DNA of 64,000 nucleotides from Harriotta raleighana (taxonomy: Eukaryota): positions 2,818,529 to 2,882,528 of the forward strand of contig JBNZDD010013717.1 of the NCBI GenBank assembly GCA_050575255.1, read 5' to 3'. Below, one piece after another: positions 36,042 through 48,174 of this stretch. Numbering within the stretch: position 1 is the stretch's first letter; each line of letters starts with the position of its first letter. A model generated the notes under the pieces. The model saw only the letters and a list, made by a program, of their open reading frames with translations. It searched no databases and was not told the DNA's origin. The position numbers were made by a program, and so were the translations under genes.

Positions 36042-39000
36042 TGACAATACAATAACAAATGATATTTCTATAGAGCCTTTCACCTCAGGAGGATGTCCCG
36101 AGTCATTGGACAGTCAGGGATCCGCACTCAGCTGGTGATTGGGATTATGCGAGGTTTGGGGAGGGTATCGGTAGAAGGGTAACTAAAGGCACAGTCGAAG
36201 AGTAGAGTCTTGAAACGGGTCTTGAAGGAGACAAGTGAGGGGCAAGCCAGAGAATTGGCAATTCACTTTAACTTTGCAAACCAGAGACTTGGTTTGCACT
36301 AAAACCAGTGTCTCAGCCATTTAGGCCAAACACATCAGAGTTTTATATGTTGTATCCATGGTGTCAGCTTCATTCTTCATTATGGCACATTCAACCTTGT
36401 CCGATAAGTGCTTTCTTTCCTACCACTTCACCATCTTTCAAATACATTTAGTCAAGTGTTGAAGGAAAAGCCTCTCAGCATATCCTAAAACCCTGTCAAG
36501 CATGTACTGTAGTTATTGGCCGCCCAATCTGCTGCAGATACAATGCTGAACAAGGGTTTAAGGGTTGTAGACCAGTTACTCAGGGGCAACATTTCCTTTT
36601 GGAAATCACATCTGTTTGAAAAGAAATGTGACCCTAATGGGAGAATATTTAGGGCCCCGAGGAAGAGAAGTGGGTGAGGAAAGACATTTAAGAAAAAATA
36701 ACCATATATAGTTCCAATTGTCAAAATCCAGAAGAAAAAAAATCCAATGTGAATCCCACAATAGGCGAGGACAGATTTCTATTAAATTTAAATTCTGTCA
36801 ATAAAGTGATGTCCAGATGACCTGCTGGAAGATTTCATTGAATGTAAATGCTATAGTATTCGAACTCTGTTATGTCAACAACTATCCCCTTCTAACCCCT
36901 CCCCACACCGGCCCTCCACTCACCTATAGCACATTAATTATTCACTAAGAATGAGACACTGATATTTATTTTGGAACTGTCAAGTTCAAACGCATCACAA
37001 AATTGGAGCTTGTTTTTCCTTCCTGGTCCTTTTCAACTTCTCTTTTTGCCTTTCCGACCATTCCGTTCTCCCATATTTCCCTTCCTCAGTGGCCTTGTCT
37101 TCTCATGATTCCACCTTCCCTGTTCGACCTTATACAACCATTTAACTTTGCTACCTCTCTCCTTTTAGATACTGTATCTCCTAAAGTCCCATCCCTTTAC
37201 CATGCTTTCAGTCACCTCGATATAAAGTATGGTACCTAATTCCATAATTTTCAAAGGTGTTTGCATGCTGAGGTCTCTATCCTCTAACTTTTTTTCTCCA
37301 CCTATCATCACTCCCCTTCTGTCTTGCTCGGGGCCCAACCCCATCGCTTTGATGCACTCTGAGACGTTATCCGACATAAAGGATGTTATATAAATGCGCG
37401 TTGTTGTTGTTAAGGAACTCAGGAATGTGTTTTTCAAATCACCAAACACAGTAAACTTGTAATCTCCTTAAATTTCAGGTTACTTTTAATACAAGCTGCT
37501 AAAAACTACAGTAGTTACATTTGAAATGGCTCTATTATTGGTGCTTTGAATGCAGTTTATTCATTATGCAAGAGATTTATTAAATTCTTTGTCAGCTGCA
37601 GTGGCAATTTTGTGCTCAAATTCATGTGCCAGGTGGCAATTTGTCATTTTCTTCTTTTTACAAATCATGGCATAAATTGACAAATCATCGAGAATCTTTT
37701 CAGTAGGAGAAACAATGGCGTGTGTATATCCTATCGTGTTACATGTGCATTATGCAATGTTTTGAAAAATTTAAATTCTGTCCCGGTTCCAGATGAATTA
37801 CATTATAAATATTTATACTCAGAATAGTGTTGTAAGAAATGAATGTGAAGATAACATTAAGGAAAATATTATTCAAGCTAAAATTAATTCATCTAACATG
37901 CTTGCCAAACTCAATTAATAGCAAAATAAAGATGTGTGTTGCTGAGCCATCAGCCACTACGTCACTAATTTCTGGAACTCAATGCCTCCACCTTATCATT
38001 TCTTTATCTTTAAATCCCAACTGAAATCTACCTTTTTGATTGCAGTACATCTCCTCCTCCCTCTTCTCCCTTGCTCGATATCAAATTTGTTGTTATAATG
38101 ATAATCCTTACATTTATATAGCGCTTTCCACATCTTATCTACGTATCAAAGCGCTTCACAGAATACAACAATGTCCCAAGGTAGGGACCAGAACAGTGGG
38201 GAAGGGGTCGGGGAAGGGGTCGGGGTAGGGAGAAGAAAAGAGGGAAGAAAGGGGGGAAAAGAAGTAGGGATCAGAGCAGGGAGGGAGAGGTCTTGGTAGG
38301 GGGAAGGATAGTAGGAAAATTGACTGTATATTTGTGGGCAAAACACGGCAGCCAAATTGTGCAGAGTAGTGTCCTACAAACAGTCGTGGAAGTGAGGTTA
38401 GGGGAAAACGGGATTGTTGCTCAGTGTCCAACACTGCTTCTGTACAGTGCTCTAAGAGCACAATGCAAGTTGTTGTTAGAGTCACGCTACTACTGTATGG
38501 AAATTGTAAAATAATTTTCCTCCTAAAGTAATCCAAAAACAAACTGATTCAACTCCAATAAGTATTCCTGTATAATTTTAAAATCCTTATTTACAATCAA
38601 CATTGGAAGGAAATACAGAATATCTTTATTTTTTCCCCAGCAGTCTGCCAATGCAAAAGGATGCATGTTGTATTATGAAAGCAATTAAGGGGTTAATATT
38701 CATATACTATGATATAAATATGAGCAACACTATGCGTGATTACTCTGAATAATACCAATTCTCACACCAGCAGTCTGCTGCTGTGATTATTAAATAATTG
38801 AATAGATTTTCACTATTTCCAGATGCGTGGGATTCTTTATTGGATAATAGATTGTGCTTTTTGAATTGTTTAGTATTGTATTTTTAATAGGCTGACGGAT
38901 GTGTATACATCAGAAATAAATAAATGATTCATTCTATGGGAGCTGGAACAAAATGTGAGGAAACCCCAGTATATCAAATCTGAAACATTTTTTAAGTAAT

Positions 39001-39729
39001 TAAAAAGTTTGTTCCTTTTGCTCTTTTAAAACCGAGAAAAACTTCAACAGAAACATGCTTTTTAAGAACATATCAAAGTTTTCTTCCTGCAATTTTAGAC
39101 TCTCATCCTTTCTGTCCCTTCCCAAGTTGGCTAGACCTAGACTTTCTATTTCTGTTTGGTACTTCAACACACTAATAGCCAAACTGCTCCTCTTAAAATG
39201 ATCTCTTTCTTTAAATTAAGATAAAATCTCAACATCCTGAAGGCTTTCTCTTTCTTTTAGTCTTCAATATGTTTCCCATTTATGACAGGATCTTTTTCTT
39301 GAGCAATGTATTAGTTTGCATGAAAATACTTCCCTTCTATCGGGAACAGGTCCAAAATCCATGAATCTATGAACTCAGACTAGACTATTGAACACTTAAT
39401 GGCTGTTCCCTATATAAGTTGTACTGTCCTCCCAATGTGAAAGGCACTCTATAAATGTAATTTTGTTGTTGTTTGTTGTTGTACATAAGTCCTCTAACGT
39501 ATTGGGTGGAGCAATTGACATTGTATTCTGTGAAGTGCTCTGAGATGTCTCGACAATGTGATAAGGCTCTATAGCAAATGCAATTTTTTTTAAATGGTTA
39601 TTATATTTCTTTTATGATACATAATAATTGCGTTATTGTGGCTCATTTGGTAGCATATTTGCCTTTGAGTCAGAAGGTTGTGCATTCAAACCCTCCTTTA
39701 GGAGTTGGAATTCATATTATTTAAGATGG

Positions 39730-40503
39730 CTTCAGTTATCAGGAGAGGCTAGAGAAGCTAGGATTATTCTCCTTGGAGCAGAGATGGTTAAGAGCAGACT
39801 TAATAGAAATTTTCAAAATTATGAGGAGATTCGATAGGGTGAACATGGAGAAATTATTTCTACTGGCAAGTGGGACGGTAACCCAAGGACTCCGATTTAA
39901 AATAGTTGTTAAAGGAAACTGTCTCTAAGTGGTTGGAGCACTCGCTTTGCAAGTGAGAGACCTGGGTTTGAGGTAGGACAAAACCTTGGGCAAGTTTCCT
40001 TACTCCACAAATCTGACAATAATCCTTAAAAAAAAAATTGGTCATTTCAATCCACGACTTTGTGGTACACTGATGTGCGCAATTGGCTGCTGTATTTCAC
40101 CCACAAAATAGTCAATTCATTTTACAGTATATTTTGAGACATCTAGAAGATGTGAAAAAGTGCTATAGTATATCAAATAAAAGGATTAGGAGGGGAGATG
40201 AGGATAAGTTTTTTCATGGAGGGATTTGTTCAGATCTAGAATACATTGCTTGATGAAGGTTGGTGGAAGCAAATTCAATAACAAACAAACCAAATTATAT
40301 TTTCAGAGTGCCTTTCACGTTGGGAGGATGTCCCAAGGTGCTGAAACAACTTTCAAGAGAGAAGTAGATTATTATTTTGGGACAACAAGTTTGCAGGGCT
40401 ATTGGGAGAGAGCAGGCGAGTGTTATTAATTTGGGAAGCTCTTTTCAAAGAGATGGCACAGACCCGATAGGCCGAATGGCCTCCTATGCTGTATCATTCT
40501 ATG
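39730..40503 (+). mobile_element. CR1 3' end interrupted by a + strand SINE (about 39917-40185) and an L2 tail (about 40278-40342)
   Basis: ctagagaagctaggattattctccttggagcagag (LEKLGLFSLEQ); tail ggccgaatggcctcctatgctgtatcattctatga. The SINE is flanked by AAAGGA (39911-16 / 40180-85). Confidence 0.85.
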
Positions 40504-40892
40504 ATGACACTTCAGTGCTGTGTTGGTAGTGTGCTCCAGTGATGGAAATGATGTTCTTCGGATGAGAGGTTAAACCAAGGCCCTTTTGTGTTCTGTAGTG
40601 AGAATGACGTATCAGCTTCCTCATATTGTAGATTCAAGGCTATGTCAAGCCTTGAACCCATATATTCTAAACTGATACTACAATGCTGGAGGGGGGGGAG
40701 GTGGGGAGGGTGGTATTTCATTGTCAGAAGCAGCATTCTTCGGATAAGAAATTAACTACCTGTTCAGGTGTATTTTAAAGATCCCATGGTACTACTCAAA
40801 AAGGAATCATCCTCCAAATACAAGTGGTCATTCATTTTATAGCAATTTGTAGGATATTGCTTCATGCAGTTGGGCTGCTGGGTTCACCTGCA

Positions 40893-41257
40893 AGCAATAA
40901 TAAGCCTTCTCAAAATGCTTCACAAAATATGCTGTGAAGTAAATTGACTGTATATTCTGTGGACTAGTTGTGGCAGACAATTGTGCACAGCAGTGTTCCA
41001 CAAACAGTCGTGGATTCAATGACCACTTTTTTAAAAAAGAAATTACAGTTTTAGCCCCGAAAAGACGATTTGCCAATTGACCAACAACCAAGTTCCTATT
41101 TACTGCGAGGTAAACAGAGGAGTGAGGAGGAATAATAATAATAATTCTTGCATTTGATATAGTAAGGAAAATTGCCCAAGGTTTAACCCTGCCAGGAATA
41201 GAATCCAGGTCTCTCTCTTGCGAGGTAAGTGCTCTAACTACTGAGCTACATGACTCC
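40893..41257 (-). mobile_element. Near full-length tRNA-derived SINE
   Basis: Head gtgctctaactactgagctacatgactcc, ggaatagaatccagg (reverse B box), and the same core as the other copies. Confidence 0.88.
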
Positions 41258-41354
41258 ACATGTACAGTCATTGCAGTTTACAACGTATCCTGTGGTGTGC
41301 CTTGGGATGTCCTCCCAATGTGAAAGGTGCTATTATGAAAGGATTATTTTATAA

Positions 41355-42312
41355 AATAAACTTCTACATATATGCAGATGACACTGAAATCTACTTCTCC
41401 AACTCAACTTGCAACCCCCAGTGCCCTGATATTCTGTCAGCTTGTCTGTCAGACATCAAGAGCTGGATGAGTGCCAACTTCTTGCAGCTAAATGTTGACA
41501 AGACAGAAGCCACTTTCTTTGGCTCTCGTCAACATCTTCAGTCTCACGGCTCTCAACTCCTCTGATTACCCGACCTGCCCCTAAAACTCTCCAAACCCAT
41601 ATGCAACCTAGGAGTCAGGTTCAACACCCAATTATCTTTCCTCCCCCACATCCAATCGCTCATCAGCAATGCCTTCTTCCATTTCTGCCACATTCTCCGT
41701 CTCCGCCAATATATCACCCCAAAAACTGCCAAAACTCTAGTCCATGCCTTTGTCAGCTCTCGGCTGAACTACTCCAATGCCCTCCTTGCCGGACTCCTCT
41801 CTGCCATCATTCATAAAATTTCACTAATACAGAAGTCCGTGGCCCACATTCTTACCTGAACCAAACTTCGCTCCCCGATTACCCCAGTCCTCGCCAGATT
41901 CACTGACTTCCTGTCATAGAGCAGATCGAATTCAAGATCCTCACTCTTGTATTTAATTACCTCCATTGCTCTGCACCCCACAAACTCTCTGACCTCCTTT
42001 CTCCTTACAGCAGTACCCGCTGCCTCCGCTCTACTAGGTCTGGCCTCCTCCTTGTCCCCTGAATCCTCCGCTCCACCATTGGCGGACGTGCTTTCAACCA
42101 GTGCACCCTGAAATTCTGGAACTCCCTCCCTCAATCCCTTCACCTCACACCCTCCTTTTCCACCTTCAAATCATGCCAGACAACCTTTCTGTTCGACAGT
42201 ACTTCTGGTCACCTTCCCCCTCCCCCTAGCTAGGCCATGGGCTCCGCTATTGTGAAGCACTCTGAGATGCTGTCTGCAGTGGAGGGCACTATATAAATGC
42301 AAGTTGTTGTTC
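41355..42312 (+). mobile_element. L2 LINE, 5'-truncated at the RT catalytic motif
   Basis: ORF 41260..41565 reads YIYADDTEIY...DIKSWMSANFLQLNVDKTE; later LVHAFVSSRLNYSNALL; tail gcactatataaatgcaagttgttgtt. Confidence 0.95.
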
Positions 42313-43160
42313 ATAGAATTATAGAATTTTACGGCACAAAAGGAGGCCATTCGGCCCATCGAGTCTGTTCCGGCTCTTCAAAAAGAGCAATTTAATCCTG
42401 CTCCCCAGCTCTCTCCCCATAACCTCGCAAACGCATCCTCCTCAAATAAATGTCTGCCTCTCTTTTAAAAGTTGTTATGGAATTGGCCTCCACCACCTTT
42501 TCAGACAATGCATTCCAGATTCGAACAACTCGCTGAATGAAAACATTTCTCCTCACCTCCCCCTGCTTCTTTTTGAAACTATTTTAAATCTGTGACCACG
42601 AATCACCGATACTCCCACCAGTGGAAACAGTTTTTCCCTATCCACTCTGTCGAATCCCCTCATGATCTTAAAAATCTCTATTAGGTCTCCTCGCCATCTT
42701 CTCTGTTCCAATGAGAATAAACCTGGCCTCTCTAGCCTTTCCTCATAGGTGAAGTCCCTCATTCCTGGTACCATCTTAGTAAATCTCCTCTGCACCCTTT
42801 CCAATGCCTTAATATTCTTCCTAAAGTGTTGTGACCAGAATTGTACACAGCACTCCACCTGAGGCCTAACCAAAGTTTTTTAGTTTAGTCAGAATTTCCT
42901 GACTTTTGTACTCTATGCCCCTATTTATAAAGCCTAGTGTCCCGTATGCTTTTTTGACAGTCTTGTCTATCTGTCCTGCCACCTTCAAAGAATTACTTAT
43001 ACAAACCTCTAGGTCTCTCTGTTCCTTCACACACCTTAAAATTATACTACCTACCCTATATTGCCTCCCCTCATTTCTCCTCCCAAAATGCATCACCTCA
43101 CATTTCTCTACATTAAATTTCATCATGTGTCTGCCCATTTTACCATTCGGTTTATATCTT
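42312..43160 (-). mobile_element. CR1 LINE 3' part, tail-to-tail with the L2
   Basis: ORFs 42866..43138 (KFNVEKCEVMHFG, GFINRGIEYKS) and 42553..42873 (VRPQVECCVQFWS, LERVQRRFT, GLFSLEQRR). Confidence 0.95.
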
Positions 43161-43277
43161 CTTGCAGAAGTTGTTGTTCTTATTGTAAACCTGTGGGGCT
43201 ATAAACAAAGTGGCTATAATGTTCGTTCTCATTTCTCCTCCAGTTCAGAGATACTGTGCAGATGATTGACAGGGATG

Positions 43278-43500
43278 GATAATAATAATAATGCTTGCAT
43301 TTGATATAGCGCTATTCATGTCTTCTAAGCATCTCAAAGCGCTTCACAGAATATACTGCAAAATAAATTTACTGTATGCTTTGTGGGCAAAACGGGGCAG
43401 CCAATTGCGCATAGCAGTGTATCACAAACAATAGTGGATTGAAATGACCAATATTTTTTGAGGTATTATTATTAGGCATGTTGAATAAGGAAACAGTTGA
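43278..43500 (-). mobile_element. SINE 3' part
   Basis: (AAT)n-gcttgcatttgatatagcgc tail; gcagccaattgcgcatagcagtg core. Confidence 0.85.
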
Positions 43501-44283
43501 AATGAGCTGAGCAAAGTATTACAAACAAAAGCAGAAGTCGCTGGGAACATTCAGTATATACCAAGAGGTAGTAAAATACCGGTATCTGGTTGAGGTGGAT
43601 AATGCTGAGCTCTAGCCTTCCACTTGCGTAATGGCTGAACTGCTTAATTAGATGGCAGCTCATATGCCAGCCAGCGGTTAGCTGTATTGCTTCCGACCTG
43701 TCGAATGACACCAGAGAAGATGTGTAACTCTCCAGGAATATCTAAATCCAACTGCACAGGTACAAAATACCTCCACCCTGACATTTACTCTTTCAATGTT
43801 TGTGTATTGGGATTTCAACCTTTTGGAGTTAAACTGATTTTCATTTAACTGTTAAATACCCTAAACTATACTTCATTATGCTGATTCTTGGAAAACTATC
43901 AGAGTGGGAACTAATTACACTTCGACCTTCATTTATGCCACTCCGGGTAGGGAAAGTAAACTGATTGAGATCAATTTGCAGTTTTTTCCCCAAAAAGCAA
44001 CTCTTTTTTAAATTCTAAAATAACGAGTCATACTAAACCAAATTGTATTGGAATCATGTTGAAGCGTTGGAGGAGAAATGGAACTTAAAATAGTCAGGAT
44101 CATTACATTTGACGCAGTGTACTAAAATGTCAAAACATTTCAAAGTGCTTCACAGATAATAGATGTCCAGGGACTGGATGCTTCTCCTGTGTTGTGTAAT
44201 GTGCTGTTTTACTGAAAAATATTTTAAGTTCCATTTTTTTGTATATGTTAGTAATGTTTTGTGGTTTCTTGTTTGTGTTTCAG

Positions 44284-44443
44284 CTACTAGACTGTTTTGT
44301 TATTCCAGTGGTGCTGTTGCTGTCTTGGTTCTTCTTGTTGGTGAGATACAAGGCTCTTCACTTCATTGGAATTGGTGTTTGCCTGCTGGGAATGGGATGT
44401 ATGGTGGGTGCAGATGTACTTGTTGGGAGACACCAAGGAGCTG
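44284..44443 (+). CDS. SLC35F1: SLC35F1 internal coding exon (probably exon 4), 160 nt, phase 0 to 1
   Basis: Acceptor cttgtttgtgtttcag, donor CTG|gtgagt. Translates [53 protein letters not shown] (inside ORF 44239..44622), with two hydrophobic TM segments. The phase joins the previous exon. Confidence 0.96.
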
Positions 44444-44834
44444 GTGAGTTGCATTGGCAACAAAGAATAGAATGGAACATTTTGTATTGTGCTTATAAAT
44501 TATGGCGTATTGAATGTGCTGAATTTAACTCCGTTCTGCTTCCAGTGTTCAAGGAGTTAATTTTTAGACTGTCTGTCATTAATAATAATCCTTGCATTAT
44601 ATTTATTATTAGGGCACTTTAGACAGTTGGACACCAGTTAATAATGGGGTTATTACAGCCTCGCCTGTAGGTCAGGCCCTGACGAGCAGTGCAATAATAA
44701 TACCATTTTATTCTTCTTTGCCATTCTAAAGGTACCAATTGACGCTACCCCCTCCCAAAAGTTTACTCAATTGATGCTGCTGGAGAACCCCATTATAACA
44801 ACCTTTCCTTTATGACGTGGGTTGCCTAAAGTAC

Positions 44835-46003
44835 CATTGGGCTTTGACACGATCGACCATGTAATCCTCCTCCAACACCTCTCCTTCCACTTCAAGCTTC
44901 AAGGCTCTGTCCTTGATTGGTTCCTGTCATGCCTCTCACACCGCCTTCACTTCGTCTCCTCCAACAGCTTTTCCTCCAGCCCTCGCACAGTCTCATGCAG
45001 CATACAGGGGCTCTGTCCTTGGCCCCTTCCTCTTCACCCTCTACGTGTTCCCCATCAATGACTTAATTTATCAACTCTACCTGTTCAGTTCCACCCTACT
45101 GGCATTCTGACTGCGTGTCTGTCCGACATTAAGTCCTGGGCGAGGGACAACTTCTGCCAACTAAACATGAACAAGACAGAGGCCCTCCTGATTGGTTCAC
45201 GTCAGCACCTCCGCACCTCAGGCGCTGGCAACGTTCAGCATTCAAGACTGCTCTCTCCATCACTCGAAGCCAGTCAGGAATCTGGGCATTTTGTTCGACC
45301 GTGAACTGACCTTCCTCCGCCAAATCCGCACCATGACCAGTGCTGCCTTCCACCACCACTGCAACATTGCCAGATTATGCCACTATCTCATTCCCCCATA
45401 CTGCTGAAACACTTATCCACGCATTCAGCATATCTAGACTCGACTACGGGAACGCTCACCTCGTCAGCCTTCCCAGCTCCTCCTTTCGCAAGATGCAGAT
45501 TATTCAGAACTCTGCAGCTCATGTACTCTCCCACAATAGGCTCCATGACCCTTGCCCTTCTCCCCAGGCTCCCCCAGAGGATCAAATTCAACATCCTCAT
45601 CCTCACTTTCAAGGCCATTCACGGCCTTGCCCCCGCCTATCTCTCCAACCTGTTGTCTCCCTATCAGCCTGCCCATCCCCTCCGTTCAGCAAGCTCTGAC
45701 CTGCTCTATTGCCCCCACCATCGGTGGCTGGGCTTTCAGTCTCTCTGCTCCCACACTCTGGAACTCCATCCCGTAATCCTTTCGCTTAGCTTCCTCCCTT
45801 TCCTCCTTCAAGGCTTTACTCTTCGACCATGCAATTTCTGCTGCCCTCCTAACTCTCCCCACTTTCCTATTCTCCTTCCCCCTGTCCCTACCCCGACCCT
45901 TACCCCCCTGCTCGGGATCCGACCTAACTGTTCAGTGCCATGGGACATCCTCCCGACATGAAAGGCACTCTATAAATGTGACTTTGTTGTTGTGGTTGTT
46001 GTT
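44835..46003 (+). mobile_element. L2 LINE RT-to-3' fragment
   Basis: FDTIDHVILL, QGS/RGSVLGPFLFTLY, LIHAFSISRLDYGNA and RIKFNILIL in ORFs 44822-45961; tail ggcactctataaatgtgactttgttgttg. Confidence 0.95.
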
Positions 46004-46294
46004 GGGCTGGTGACCCCTGACTTGACCAATGATTGACTTAACAAAAAATCTAAATGTGCATTGAACAGCCCCATGTCACTTCAAAGGCATTGCTTCACTT
46101 CAAAATTGCAGCTGGCTTCTGGCACTCTAAAATGGCTGAGTTCTGGATCATCAGTTCACCATTGACGTCATGTCCTGCACAGTGTGAATGTAAAAACTCC
46201 AGCTATTGATCATGTCCCATTATACTGCTCATTGGGATTTTATGATCTCAAATATTGGATTAACAGGTTTCTATTGTATTTTTAATTTCATCTT

Positions 46295-46600
46295 GAGGTG
46301 TGGGTGACACTGGTAGGGCCAGTATTTATTGCCCATCCCTGCTTCCCTCAGAAAGTAAAGGTTAGTGTACCTTCTATTGTCCTTGTGACGATGGTGATTC
46401 CACGATGGTGTTGGATGCGGAGTTCCAGGATTTTGATCCGGTGTGAATAAAGGAACAATTTATGTCAGGATGTTGAATTATCTTGGAAGGGTACTGATAT
46501 TGATGTTCTTGCTCTACCACATGGTGGAGGACTTGGGGCAGAAAGGTGCGGTCTAAGCAAGTTTTCTGAACAACGTCAGCACAGTACATTGGAAAGACAG
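46295..46600 (-). mobile_element. Old LINE (CR1/L2 group) 3' end of a different family
   Basis: ORF 46374..46589 ends SFIHTGSKSWNSASNTIV (WNSLP-like); tail ggccagtatttattgcccatccct. Confidence 0.6.
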
Positions 46601-47724
46601 GGAGTGAACTCTAACTTGAGTTGGGTATCAATCAAGTAAACTGCTTTCTTTACTATTAACCCACGATCGATAAATGTTTACTGTTTAATATTGTATTAAA
46701 ACTAAAGTTGAGTGGTCATAATATTGTCCAAAGTAGCCAAAATCAGGACTGCCATTTACTGCTTGATGATAGGTGAGTGTACTGGCACAGGACCCAATTT
46801 GTAAGACTTGAAGAATTGTCAGGTTGCGATTCTCTTGCTTTATTTTATCACGAAAACAAACCTGAATAGTAGCTCTCTAATAGTAATCTAATCTATTTTA
46901 GGGAAAATGAGGTTTGAATTTTATATTTACTAACTACAGTATTTAAAAGCTAAAAAGACCAAATGCACATGAGTTTATACAAGATGCACTCCATCGCAAG
47001 CATTAATGTTACTTTATCTTCGCACAGTTCACAATTATCCTGCCATAATAGTGCAATGAGTGATGTTATTTAATGCTATAAACCATTATACTATAAATTA
47101 TAATAATCTGTGTAAGAGTGTGAAGATTATGCTTCTTGACTGTTCATATATATTAATGTTTCATGCTTTATAGCATCCAGTAATGCAAATAGCACTGAAG
47201 TGTATATTGAAAGACACTTGTGATTTTCAATGTGAGATCAAAGACTCAATTTCATGTTGTATCTTAATTAAAGCTAGTAGTGTATTCATGATCACGAGGA
47301 TGTGATAAAATTAGTTTCAGTGTTCATCTGTGTCCTCTGTGATTCTGCAGAGAGACCCGGTTGACTGTAATGGTTATTGTAATTTGGAACTCAGTAGGAT
47401 CCCCATTTAACTAGTGTGGATACTCAGCACTCTTTCAGTATAGGATCTAGTGGTGAGAATGAGCTCTTAACGTTGTTTGTATAATTAGGTTTTTAACTGC
47501 CTTAGAAACTGTTTTATCACTTACATGCTACTGCAGAAACAATCAGTATGCTCATAGACCCCTCCAGCTTTCACAGTGACTGGGTTCAAAGATTTTCTGT
47601 ACTCCTGATTGCAGAAAACGGGCTATTTGTACAACTGGAAATAGCACATAGGCTTAACTCAGCTGTTGTGGTATTCTATAGCAATGCTGCCTCCACAGTT
47701 AATATAAAGTACTTTAGTCTTCCT

Positions 47725-47752
47725 GTCGCTAAGCAACAATTCAAGATGGTGG
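47725..47752. promoter_or_regulatory. Candidate RFX X-box plus adjacent YY1-like motif
   Basis: GTCGCTAAGCAAC (47725-37) fits the RFX consensus GTNRC-N-RGYAAC; AAGATGGTGG (47743-52) resembles YY1 AAGATGGCGG. Motif match only. Confidence 0.35.
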
Positions 47753-48017
47753 CTGAACAATTTTGAAGCTAGGCTTCAAACCAAATTGTTGTGTGAAGTC
47801 GGGGAATGGGTGCTCAGATCCTAATCCAGCCTAATTTAACATGTTGCCATTTCTTATCAGATTCAACATGATAATTATCAGGATTGTGAATTTATCAACA
47901 CGGATAATCTCTGGTCTCCTTTTTTTAACCATTGAAGAAAAATTCTTCAGGAAAGTTGTTTAGCGCGTGGAACTAAGTCTAATTCCATCATTGATTTTTG
48001 TTTCTTTCTTTAACCAG

Positions 48018-48174
48018 GTGATAACAAACTTCTCGGAGATCTGCTAGTGTTAGCGGGTGCTACACTCTATGGAATTTCCAATATCTGTGAAGAATACATC
48101 GTGAAGAACTTGAGTAGGGTGGAGTTTCTAGGAATGATTGGACTGTTTGGGTCTTTCTTCAGTGGTATACAGCT
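48018..48174 (+). CDS. SLC35F1: SLC35F1 internal coding exon (probably exon 5), 157 nt, phase 1 to 2
   Basis: Acceptor ttttgtttctttctttaaccag, donor GCT|gtgagt. Translates (G)[51 protein letters not shown](L), containing the GD..L.GA.LY..SN..EE motif of SLC35F/DMT transporters. Confidence 0.96.

Larger units (their letters stand above)
39635..41350 (+). mobile_element. Old tRNA-headed Deu-SINE split into three pieces (about 39635-39725, 40505-40892, 41258-41350) by younger insertions
   Basis: Head gtggctcatttggtagca..tgagtcagaaggttgtgcattcaaaccc; body cttcggatgagaggttaaaccaaggccc and cctgttcaggtg..aaagatcccatgg; tail ccttgggatgtcc..gtgaaaggtgctat. Confidence 0.7.

Noticed and set aside
38990-39400. 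Purine-rich minus-strand stretch that looks like decayed LINE coding sequence
   Set aside because: No recognisable motif; cannot be supported without a search.
46020-46170. CCAAT, AAAATGGC and a full CRE palindrome TGACGTCA (46163-70)
   Set aside because: Isolated short motifs beside an L2 tail, possibly within an old repeat; expected by chance in 64 kb.
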